Below the pieces are notes generated by a model. That model saw nothing but the letters and a program-made list of their open reading frames with translations, did not search any database and had not been told where the DNA came from. Positions 8,425 through 16,385 of a stretch of 32,000 nucleotides of DNA are shown one piece after another. The DNA is from Candidatus Nitrospira inopinata (GTDB lineage Bacteria; Nitrospirota; Nitrospiria; Nitrospirales; Nitrospiraceae): NCBI RefSeq assembly GCF_001458695.1, contig NZ_LN885086.1, forward strand, positions 2,910,001-2,942,000, given 5' to 3'. Each line of letters opens with the position of its first letter. Position 1 is the stretch's first letter. The position numbers were made by a program, and so were the translations under genes.

Positions 8425-9950
8425 TGCAGCTGGATTTTGTCATTGAACCGAGGCTTGAATTCGCTTTCGGTCAAGAGGAGGAGTATCCGCGTGACGGACT
8501 ATTCCTGTTCGGCCCGATCAAGGATAGCGCGACGCCCGATATTATCCGCTATGGAGTGATTGGAACACGAGACGGGATACAACGTTTCAAAACCTGGTCA
8601 AGATCAGTAAGCGGCTATATCAAGCGGTTTTCTCCGAGAAAGAACCCTGACGCACAGCATCATACGTCTTTCCCTGGTTTCGAGAGTGTGTTCAGGGCGA
8701 AGTGGCCAGCAGAACCGTTGGCCGAAATCGAGGTATCCGAAACCGAGATCGAGAGAACGCTCAGGATTGCCAATCGCCATGAGGCGGTAAAGCGGGCGGT
8801 AGATCAGTACGTAAACAGGCTAATAGAGTTTTCAAAAAAGGAAGAGACCGAACCCGCTCTATGGTTCGTTGTAATACCGGAACTTGTTTATCGGCTTGGA
8901 AGGTCCACATCAAAAGTCAGCGCACAGGAAAGAGTACAAGGCGCTGTGCGAATCTCACGTCAAAGGGCAAGAGATATCCGTACAGCCCCGACTCTTTTTG
9001 GGGATGAGGAGGAAGAAGCGGAAGTGTATTTGTATGCGAAAAACTTCCGCAGGCAATTGAAGGCACGATTGCTAAAGGACAAGATTGTGACGCAGATCGT
9101 GCGCGAAACAACACTGGTCCCAGAAGATTTTAAGACTTCCTTTGGGAGCTACATGAGACGGGTCGAGGATCCCGCTACTATCGCCTGGAAGCTTTGCACA
9201 GCCGCCTATTATAAAGCGGGCGGAAAACCCTGGATTTTGTCGAACGTCCGGCCAGGGGTCTGTTATGTCGGATTGGTGTATAAGCAAACCGATCCTGAAA
9301 GCGAAGATCCCAATGCCTGTTGTGCAGCTCAGATGTTTCTATCATCCGGCGACGGGATTGTCTTTCGAGGCGCGGCCGGACCTTGGTACACCCCTTCAAA
9401 CAAGGAATACCATCTGGAGGAAGAACCCGCACGAAAGCTAATGGCTCTTGTCGTATCCGAATACCGGCGGCTTCACAATGAAGATCCGAAAGAACTTTTC
9501 ATCCATGGGCGCTCGAGATTTAACAGGGATGAATGGTCAGGTTTTTCCTCTGCTGTTCCGGCTACTACAAACCTAGTGGGTGTTCAGATTCGTGACGCAA
9601 AATACGAATTGAAGTTGTTTACACCGGGTAGATATCCGGTAGTTCGAGGGACAGCCCTCAAAGTATCAGATCGGGCAGCTTATTTATGGACCAGCGGTTA
9701 TATACCGAGATTGAACACATACCTCGGTCCGGAGACTCCAAACCCTGTATTCGTGCATGTTCAGAAAGGGGACTGCCCGTTGGATACGGTCCTCGCCGAC
9801 GTGATGCGACTTACAAAGCTGAATTTCAACAGCTGTCTGTTTAATGACCGCCTGCCTGTCACAATCAAATTTGCAAATGCAGTGGGAGAAATCCTGATTG
9901 CCGCGCCTCAAACGGAAGAACCAAAGCTACCCTTCAAATACTACATCTGA
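8424..9950 (+). CDS. Short prokaryotic Argonaute (MID-PIWI only, predicted catalytically inactive; SPARTA sensor subunit)
   Basis: 508 aa, too short for the N/PAZ lobes. MID pocket-like motifs NFRRQLKARLL, VTQIV and YYKAGGKPWIL. A PIWI region where the first catalytic Asp strand reads CYVGLVY. Ago-typical C-terminus FKYYI. Translationally coupled to the TIR-APAZ gene. Confidence 0.92.
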   Translation: MQLDFVIEPRLEFAFGQEEEYPRDGLFLFGPIKDSATPDIIRYGVIGTRDGIQRFKTWSRSVSGYIKRFSPRKNPDAQHHTSFPGFESVFRAKWPAEPLAEIEVSETEIERTLRIANRHEAVKRAVDQYVNRLIEFSKKEETEPALWFVVIPELVYRLGRSTSKVSAQERVQGAVRISRQRARDIRTAPTLFGDEEEEAEVYLYAKNFRRQLKARLLKDKIVTQIVRETTLVPEDFKTSFGSYMRRVEDPATIAWKLCTAAYYKAGGKPWILSNVRPGVCYVGLVYKQTDPESEDPNACCAAQMFLSSGDGIVFRGAAGPWYTPSNKEYHLEEEPARKLMALVVSEYRRLHNEDPKELFIHGRSRFNRDEWSGFSSAVPATTNLVGVQIRDAKYELKLFTPGRYPVVRGTALKVSDRAAYLWTSGYIPRLNTYLGPETPNPVFVHVQKGDCPLDTVLADVMRLTKLNFNSCLFNDRLPVTIKFANAVGEILIAAPQTEEPKLPFKYYI

Positions 9951-10131
9951 ACTAGCGGTTATTCAGCAATGCCGCCCGGCTCATCTTCAAAATCACCGGT
10001 ACTAAGCAAGGCAACACTTGAAGAATAAAATGTGTGCTTGAGCAGGACCGCTATGACGTGATGATGGTCTTAGGCGATTCCGAGAGCTACGACCGCCGCT
10101 GTGGTTGTGTTCCTATCATTGGTCGCTAGCT

Positions 10132-10295
10132 TAGAACCTATCTCAAAATTGATTTACGAGAAGATTGATGTCTAAAGGCGTAGCCATACGCATCGGAAAG
10201 GATCGCATTTGGCTGAAAATACGCGTGTTGGTTGCTCAGTATCACGGGTCTGCGCTCGTTCGGGACTTCGGGTTTCAATTTTGAGATAGGTTCTA
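10132..10295. repeat. Perfect 21-bp inverted repeat pair (tagaacctatctcaaaattga / tcaattttgagataggttcta) flanking a 122-bp spacer; a MITE-like or long-hairpin element
   Basis: The arms at 10132-10152 and 10275-10295 are exact reverse complements. The pair lies in the AT-rich gap between the convergent pAgo and relaxase genes. Confidence 0.7.
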
Positions 10296-10398
10296 GTCTC
10301 GCTTACTAGGCTGTTGAGCGCATTCCCGAACTGCTCGGCCTCTAGCATTCGCTGGGAGAGGCATTCTCTAACTGCGGGAAGGTACCGTGCGGATATTT

Positions 10399-11382
10399 TT
10401 ATCGTTCACGATCTTTCCCTCGGTCCCGCTCCGTCTCCGGAGTCCGGCCTCGTCCCTCCAGATAGCGGACGAGGTCCACCGCCAGTTGTCGGTCTTCGCC
10501 TCGATCGGATCGTGCTAACGTTCTCATGACTTGCTGATAGTGATGCATCACTTCCCGCCGTTTCCCCGGCATGTGCGTCTGCCGTTTTTGGCGATCCACG
10601 AGCTTCTCGCGGGTGGTGCGATCGCGGAGATGTTGGATTTTCCATCGTTCGTGCGTCGTGCGATGAATTCGGCTCGTCGTCGTGGCCTCAATGCCATGCT
10701 CCCGGAGGGCCTCCGCAAACCCCTCTCGCCAGCGTTGGAGATCGGCCTTTCTTGGATTCAAGCGAATCCCGTCGAGACCCGTGGCTTTGACCGTCAGGTG
10801 GACATGCGGATGCGGAGATGGATTCGGGTCCGGATCGGTCTCGAAGGTATGGAGCACCAGCGCGTACTGAAATCCTGAAAACTCTCGCGTCGCGAAGTCC
10901 CGTGCCGCGCGCTGCACCACCAGCGGATCGGTCCGTGTCGGCATGGAGAGGACGAGATGAAAGGCATCGCGCATGGTCGAATCCGCCGCGATCGGCATGC
11001 CGCCATCGCGCCATTCGGCTTTCAGATCAGCCACGGCCTCCTTCCCGAGAATCACTTGGCCATCCTGATCCTCGATCTCGAGTTGGCCATCACGCGAAAT
11101 GTAGGTGAGATTGTTCGAGATGCCCTTCATCCCTTTCGGCGCCCTGACGAGTTTCACCACCACTTGTGGCGCACGGCGGACCATGGCTTGCAGTTTCTGT
11201 CGGACATAATTCGCACGAGCCTGTCGGCTACTCAGCCGTCCGCCGGTACTCACAGGCTTGGCTGAGCCAAGAGGATTGCGCGTACTGCGACGCGGCCGTG
11301 GAAGGGTCTCCGTCGATATATTGAATAGCCGACTCCCCCACGCATCCAACTTCTCGTCGATGTGGCTGATTGGTGGTGTCAT
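10399..11382 (-). CDS. Relaxase/mobilisation nuclease (VirD2/MobA-like, MOBP/Q-type relaxase domain)
   Basis: The ATG overlaps the mobC stop (ATGA). Motifs VVVKLVRAPKGMKGISNNLTYISRDG, FHLVLSMP and the histidine triad region HTFETDPDPNPSPHPHVHLTV. Confidence 0.85.
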   Translation of the reverse strand: MTPPISHIDEKLDAWGSRLFNISTETLPRPRRSTRNPLGSAKPVSTGGRLSSRQARANYVRQKLQAMVRRAPQVVVKLVRAPKGMKGISNNLTYISRDGQLEIEDQDGQVILGKEAVADLKAEWRDGGMPIAADSTMRDAFHLVLSMPTRTDPLVVQRAARDFATREFSGFQYALVLHTFETDPDPNPSPHPHVHLTVKATGLDGIRLNPRKADLQRWREGFAEALREHGIEATTTSRIHRTTHERWKIQHLRDRTTREKLVDRQKRQTHMPGKRREVMHHYQQVMRTLARSDRGEDRQLAVDLVRYLEGRGRTPETERDRGKDRER

Positions 11383-11936
11383 TGGAGCTGCCAGCGCGCC
11401 ACCGTCCCGCGCAAGACATCGGAGACCTTATCGGTATGGGCTTGAATCACGCGGGAGAGTTCAGTGATCGCTTCTACCCGAAACGCGGAGCGGTTCTGGG
11501 GCCCGGTATTCAAGACCTTCGCAATCTGGTTCAAATTCCTTCCCAAGGCGAGGAGCTGTTGATTCGAGCGGGTCAGCGCGGCGAGTTCTGGCTGTCCCAC
11601 ATGCGGCTCCCCAGTCAACTTGGTGCGGATCATCGCGACCACCCAGGCCGTCGGCTGATAGCCCTCAAGCTGGGCACAGGTTCGCAGCGCGGTGAGTTCG
11701 GAGGGTGTCACATTCACTTTCATCCGGGCGGTGGCTCGCTCTCGTCGGCGAGTGACCCGCTGCCGAGGGGGAGCGGACTGTTTCCGATGCCCGTCCAGGG
11801 CCTGCCGTAAGACCTGCCGAAAGGCGTGGCTCGGTGTCACGGCCTGCTGCTGACACCAGGCCAGCCAGGGAGCTTTCAGCTCACCGAGATCCACCGTGAT
11901 CGTCGTGGTCCGTTTTTCAGAAGAGGCAGTAGGCAT
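11379..11936 (-). CDS. mobC: MobC-family relaxosome accessory protein
   Basis: N-terminal RHH-like segment KRTTTITVDLGELKAPW. Hallmark MobC motif LALGRNLNQIAKVLN. Located directly upstream of the relaxase and coupled to it. Confidence 0.85.
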   Translation of the reverse strand: MPTASSEKRTTTITVDLGELKAPWLAWCQQQAVTPSHAFRQVLRQALDGHRKQSAPPRQRVTRRRERATARMKVNVTPSELTALRTCAQLEGYQPTAWVVAMIRTKLTGEPHVGQPELAALTRSNQQLLALGRNLNQIAKVLNTGPQNRSAFRVEAITELSRVIQAHTDKVSDVLRGTVARWQLQ

Positions 11937-11964
11937 GGGATTGGAGCATACAACAGATTCATGA

Positions 11965-12021
11965 TGTAAGACAAATGGGGCTCACAGCCATATCCTGCAA
12001 CCTCTTAAAATCGGTCTTACA
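11965..12021. other. Candidate oriT: 8-bp inverted repeat (tgtaagac / gtcttaca) enclosing a P-type nic-like core TATCCTG|C
   Basis: tatcctgc at 11991-11998 matches the YATCCTG|Y nick-region consensus of RP4/Ti-type relaxases. It lies about 30-85 bp upstream of the mobC start, the usual oriT position. Confidence 0.45.
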
Positions 12022-12247
12022 CCATCCCTATGCCGACACGGATCCAAGACACCAGATGAACCCATCATGCTGTGCGAAAGACGCCAGAAACGGGCCGGGA
12101 TCGGCTGGTCCGTGGAGCCTCCGACGAGGTGGGCAAGCCGGAATCCCCAAGGTGACTGGTCCAGTTTCTAGCAATTCAGGGGTACCCGAGTCCTCTTCTT
12201 GTTATCCTGTGACAGAGCACACCCTGCGCGTTGTTGAGGCGACACCC

Positions 12248-13063
12248 ATGCGCCTGAATTGGATGAACAGTCTTCGAGGCATTCTGGCCATCGGCTTGAT
12301 GAGTGGGGTCGTGGCCTGTGGCAGCCTGGCCAATTGCTTCAATAGTGGGTTCGCTTCCGTCGCCTGTGGCGGGGGGTATGGCGATCGCGACTCGTCTTCA
12401 CTACCACAGCCCACGACCACCTCGGCGGAAGGTCGCTGGACGGGCACGACTTCTACAGGCCGCGCCGTCGCTGGACTGGTCCTCGAGGACGGCTCGTATT
12501 GGCTGTTCTATACCGCAAGAGACAATCCCAACATCCTGGCAGAACTGGTTCAGGGCACTGGCACCTCACACTCCGGCTCCTTCGGTTCCTCAAACACCAG
12601 AGCTTTCAATCTGGAAGGCGCTGGCATTCGTGCAGCGACAATGCGTGGCCGCTATGTCCCGAACAAAAGCTTTGACGCGACGATCGCGTACGTGACTGGC
12701 GAGACAGAGAGCTTCACCAGTTCCTACGATGCGGACTCTGGATCAGCCCCGAACCTGACTCTGGTGGCCGGATCCTATGTTGGGCTCCGTGCAGACAACC
12801 ACACGGCCACAGTGACCATGGATGCAGCCGGGACGATTTCCGGTCATTCGACAGATGACTGCACCGTTGTTGGAACCTTGTCTCCTCGTGCGAAGGGCAA
12901 TGTGTTTCATACCTCGATGACATTGGAAGGTGGCGCCTGTCGCCAGGGACCCGAGACGCTCACGGGGGTGGCCTTCTACGATGCCACCACCAACCGGCTC
13001 TACAGTGCGGCGCTCAACCCTGCCAGAACCAGCAGCTTTATCTTTCTTGGCACGAAGCAGTAG
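12248..13063 (+). CDS. Hypothetical lipoprotein
   Basis: The internal ATG at 12248 gives MRLNWMNSLRGILAIGLMSGVVACGS (signal plus lipobox). The remainder is G/S/T-rich and looks like a beta-rich secreted protein. The upstream part of the tracked ORF (from 11975) overlaps the oriT region and looks non-coding. Confidence 0.65.
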   Translation: MRLNWMNSLRGILAIGLMSGVVACGSLANCFNSGFASVACGGGYGDRDSSSLPQPTTTSAEGRWTGTTSTGRAVAGLVLEDGSYWLFYTARDNPNILAELVQGTGTSHSGSFGSSNTRAFNLEGAGIRAATMRGRYVPNKSFDATIAYVTGETESFTSSYDADSGSAPNLTLVAGSYVGLRADNHTATVTMDAAGTISGHSTDDCTVVGTLSPRAKGNVFHTSMTLEGGACRQGPETLTGVAFYDATTNRLYSAALNPARTSSFIFLGTKQ

Positions 13064-13151
13064 GTCTCACCGGTTCAATATTCTATCTGCTTATCCTTTT
13101 TGAGGGGAGCATGATCGCAACACATCATGCCCCGTCAATGGATCGACGAAG

Positions 13152-13580
13152 TTACGGGGACAGGATCTCGCGAACCGCGGTGCGGGCAAAGAAGCCCTGC
13201 TCTCGAAGCGTGGCAAGCCAGGCCCGGGCAAACTCCTTTAACTCCTGTTTCAGCGAGGGCACGACGTGCGTACGTCTGCCCGTCTCGTCATACCGATAGA
13301 CCTCCTGAACGATCCCCAGGTAGTCATTCCTGAAAGACACCGGTTCGGCTGCCGCGCCATCGGGTAAATTGTGAAACAGAAACACGATGTCGGGATCTCG
13401 CATGAGGTCGCCGTTCTGTTCGCCGTAATGGCACAATGACACAAGCCGGTATCCGTCTCCACTGGATCCAATCTCCTCGACCGAGAGTGGCATATAGCCC
13501 GGCACGGTTATACGCACCGCGCGTGCGCTGTTCAGCAATTGATTCAAATCCGTCGCAAAGGCTTGATACAGTTTCATCAT
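13152..13580 (-). CDS. Conserved hypothetical protein of conjugative elements (resembles DUF6908-type proteins; from memory, unverified)
   Basis: ATG with the RBS aaagga. Balanced composition. The block LCHYGEQNGDLMRDPDIVF is typical of a family I recall next to ArdC/ParB-type genes on ICEs. Confidence 0.65.
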   Translation of the reverse strand: MMKLYQAFATDLNQLLNSARAVRITVPGYMPLSVEEIGSSGDGYRLVSLCHYGEQNGDLMRDPDIVFLFHNLPDGAAAEPVSFRNDYLGIVQEVYRYDETGRRTHVVPSLKQELKEFARAWLATLREQGFFARTAVREILSP

Positions 13581-13643
13581 CGTGTTCCTTTCTTCAGGTG
13601 AAGGAAGCCCCCGGCGCGAGGGCCGGAGGCTTCCACACTGCGA

Positions 13644-13886
13644 TCAGCGTTCCGACCGCTCCGTGACCCAGAGTTTCGCCTGTTGGGCGACGACTAAGAG
13701 TGCTTCAAGGTCGGCCAAGCCGAAGGACTCGGAATTCTTCCAGACTCCATCCTGGCCCTTGTACGAGCGGGTCACGGTTACGTTGTAGAACGGACCATTC
13801 ATGCCCTCGTTCTTCCAGATGCTCGCCTTGATGCCGCTGCATCGAAGCGTGGTGACCGGCTTGGGTTTCTTGTCTTGAGGTGCCAT
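13644..13886 (-). CDS. Small hypothetical protein (80 aa)
   Basis: ATG at 13886 is preceded by the RBS aaaggagac. The sequence MAPQDKKPKPVTTLRCSGIKASIWKNEG...FYNVTVTRSYKGQDGVWKNSESF is protein-like. The longer tracked ORF start (14054) adds an R/P/G-rich, non-protein-like extension. Confidence 0.6.
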   Translation of the reverse strand: MAPQDKKPKPVTTLRCSGIKASIWKNEGMNGPFYNVTVTRSYKGQDGVWKNSESFGLADLEALLVVAQQAKLWVTERSER

Positions 13887-14493
13887 GTTGTGTCTCCTTT
13901 GGTTAGAGTTGATGTGTTGGCCTCTCACCAGGCGTGGAGGCCACACAGCGACGACAAAGGAGACAGAGAGGCCGCCGCCACCTGGCGGGCCGGTGGGCGC
14001 GAAGCGGAGGAATGACCGCAAAAGCCGACGCGATCGATCGCGGCGCGCGGGCATGATCGACGCAGCCCGCCGGTGGAAAGCCAGGGCGGAGGCCGGATGC
14101 GCACAGGCACCGGACCTGATACCACAAGCCGGCCCCGCTCATCACCAGCACGGCATGACAGAGCAGATTCAATGGACGAGGCGAGAAGGTCCTATTCAGA
14201 TAGACCGAAGCGATCAAGCCCATTCGCCACGGCGGAAGAGAGTCAACGAGTCGGCTTCGAGACGTTCTTGAGCTTGTTGCAGTTGTCGGCCAGCAGGCGA
14301 CGGCCTCATCCAGATGGTTGCTGAACGCAGTGGAATGCTGAACGGCTCTCGCGAGGCTGCCGGGTAACATCCTGTGAATGGCGGCGAGAGATGGTGGGGC
14401 AGGGTGTCCGTGTAGCCGCTGGGGTGAGATCATCATCAGCCGACAGCCCAAGCCAGAGTCGATGACGACTGCCAATGTATCGCGAACGGGGAT

Positions 14494-14522
14494 TTGACAA
14501 TTATACCTGTTCAGGTATAATT
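14494..14522 (+). promoter_or_regulatory. Consensus sigma70-type promoter (TTGACA-16 nt-TATAAT) overlapping a 24-bp palindrome; probable HigA operator
   Basis: ttgaca at 14494-14499 and tataat at 14516-14521. The palindrome aattatacctg-tt-caggtataatt spans 14499-14522. The ATG of the toxin gene is 7 nt after the -10 and has no SD. Confidence 0.6.
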
Positions 14523-14527
14523 TCCCC

Positions 14528-14905
14528 ATGGGGCGTCAGGAACGGCCGCTCGAATGGATTGGCAGTAGCTATAAAGATTTGATGGCGTTACCGGTTGCCG
14601 TTCGGCGATTCTTCGGGTACGCGTTGTCGCTGGCTCAGGCCGGCGATCAACATGATGATGCGAAGGTGCTCACGGGTTTCGGCAGCGCCGGTGTGCTTGA
14701 AGTGGTCGAAGACGACAGGAGCGGCACCTATCGAGCGGTGTATACCGTGAAGTTCAAGGAGGCGGTCTTCGTCCTGCATTGTTTCCAAAAAAAGAGTAAG
14801 CATGGTATCGCCACGCCGAAAGAGGATCTTGCCATCATCCGCGCCAGGCTGAAAGTGGCTGAGGCGCTGGCCAAGGAGCGACGACATGAAAAAACGAGTC
14901 ATTGA
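14528..14905 (+). CDS. higB: Type II toxin, RelE/ParE superfamily (HigB/Gp49-like, DUF891-type)
   Basis: 125 aa. Motifs PLEWIGSSYKDLMALP, RAVYTVKFKEAVFVLHCFQKKSKHGIATPKEDL. The toxin-first gene order overlaps a downstream XRE antitoxin by 20 nt. Confidence 0.8.
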   Translation: MGRQERPLEWIGSSYKDLMALPVAVRRFFGYALSLAQAGDQHDDAKVLTGFGSAGVLEVVEDDRSGTYRAVYTVKFKEAVFVLHCFQKKSKHGIATPKEDLAIIRARLKVAEALAKERRHEKTSH

Positions 14906-15221
14906 AGGGATTGAGGTCTTTCGCGGGTCTGGCAATGTCTTCGCCGACTTGGATCTGCCAGATGCCGATACGCTCCAGATCAAGACCGGGCTGGTGATCG
15001 AGATCCGGAGAGCCATTCGCCAACAAGGGCTGACCCAGCAAGCCGCGGCCACACGGATGGGGCTCACCCAACCGAAGGTCTCCAGCATGATGCGAGGGGA
15101 CTTCTCCAATGTGTCCGAACGCAAACTGATGGAGTGCCTGAATCGGCTCGGCTACGATATTGAAATCAAAGTTCGGCCAGCCTCCGCTCGCATCGGACAT
15201 CTGATGCTGGCGCTACCGTGA
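14886..15221 (+). CDS. higA: XRE-family HTH antitoxin (HigA-like)
   Basis: 111 aa. N-terminal GSGNVFADLDLPDA. HTH segment GLTQQAAATRMGLTQPKVSSMMRG. C-terminal KLMECLNRLGYDIEIKV is typical of HigA2-like antitoxins. Confidence 0.8.
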   Translation: MKKRVIEGIEVFRGSGNVFADLDLPDADTLQIKTGLVIEIRRAIRQQGLTQQAAATRMGLTQPKVSSMMRGDFSNVSERKLMECLNRLGYDIEIKVRPASARIGHLMLALP

Positions 15222-15621
15222 TTGTGGGACGTTGTCTCGCGAAGGTGATCGCGCTCCTGGAAAAGAACCGGACGTTCACTATCATTCCTGAGAGGAAGAA
15301 CCATCCCCCTCCTCCCCTTTCTTCACGAATACTGACGATTCAGCGCATCAGAACCCCAGGCGTCACGGGCGGCCTGTCGGGACTACAGATACCAATCACG
15401 GGATACGGCCTTGATGTCTCCCTTGAGGACCCGGGTTCGGGTCTGTAAGGAGAAAGTACGCCCTTTCGGGCATCCACTGCACCTGTTGTGTTTCACGAAG
15501 CAATTGCTGACCACTTGATTGATGGTCGAGTCGAGATCGAAGACACACGTTCGAGATACTCCAACGCCGCCTCGACGTTGTCATACCACAGGCGTTGCGT
15601 CACACCGTATAGATAGGAGTT

Positions 15622-15813
15622 GCAGCACGACGCGACGTTCGCCGTTCTTCGCCCCCGTGATGGTGTCCCACAATCCGCCCCTGGATCACCCTCGAAGAGC
15701 CGAGCCGACTATGAGCGAACTCAAACGCCTGACAGGCGCACCAACTTCTTTTCAACACGTTGCTGCGCCCCTCACTGACGCTGGGGGCGCAGCACATCAC
15801 CTGAGCCTGTGGC
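15622..15813. repeat. Copy A of a 192-nt diverged repeat ending in a GC-rich 11-bp hairpin (candidate structured RNA or element end)
   Basis: Shares the ordered blocks gcagcacgacg, tcgccgttc, gtgatg, gatcaccctcgaa-agccgagccgac-atga, ggcgcacc, aacac-ttg, the hairpin 15761-15794, and agcctgtggc with copy B. Confidence 0.6.
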
Positions 15814-15824
15814 AGGGCGTCCTG

Positions 15825-16043
15825 CTAATAGTATCCAGGCTGGCTCCGGCTATAAGGATCACGTTGTGAAGCCGGCGGAGGTTCGTCGTAACGATGCTGT
15901 TGGCCAGGCTGCGACGATCCCATATTAACGTTGTCATAGCCAGGCGCGGGGCGTTGCCGACCCGAAAAAGAATCATCGGCACAGCCAGCGATCATGGCAC
16001 CCGCCAGAAGGGCAAAGGGCAGCGCGCATAGAATACGAATCAT
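15825..16043 (-). CDS. Small lipoprotein (72 aa)
   Basis: ATG at 16043 with the strong RBS aaggagg at 6-nt spacing. Signal plus lipobox MIRILCALPFALLAGAMIAGC. P/Q/G/Y-rich mature part. Confidence 0.6.
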   Translation of the reverse strand: MIRILCALPFALLAGAMIAGCADDSFSGRQRPAPGYDNVNMGSSQPGQQHRYDEPPPASQRDPYSRSQPGYY

Positions 16044-16385
16044 ACGAAACCTCCTTCGTCATTCGGAATTATTACGATGCATTTCTCATCCAACCAGTCT
16101 GCTGTACGTACAGGATACCGCTACCTTACAAGCCTTCTTCAACCTGCGAAGAGTCACGTGATCATTTGAACTCAGCCAACTGGGGAAGTAAATTGGTGTG
16201 CCCCTATTTGTTGCCACGCATCGTCTTCTCAATTTTGCCATGCATCCCATCCACTGCGCAAAGGTAGATGTGCGAACTCATTTTCGGAAAGGATAAATGG
16301 GACGAGAATTGGCCATTCACCACTTCTCACAACGACGTCGCCGTAAGCATACAGCACCGCCATCTTTCTAACGTGGCACGGAGTG

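Noticed and set aside
13903-14529. Minus-strand 208-aa ORF upstream of the higBA promoter
   Set aside because: Its composition is R/P/S/C-rich. Its start would sit inside the higB promoter and start codon. There is no RBS or recognisable family. It is treated as non-coding (see the finding on the ORF-less gap).
15761-15794. Hairpin of the repeat as an intrinsic terminator, or as the terminator-type target of a class C group II intron (a GTGCGCC follows on the minus strand)
   Set aside because: There is no U-tract in either orientation. There is no domain V/VI-like sequence and no RT/maturase ORF. The repeat is only about 190 nt, and the GTGCG match is too short to mean anything.
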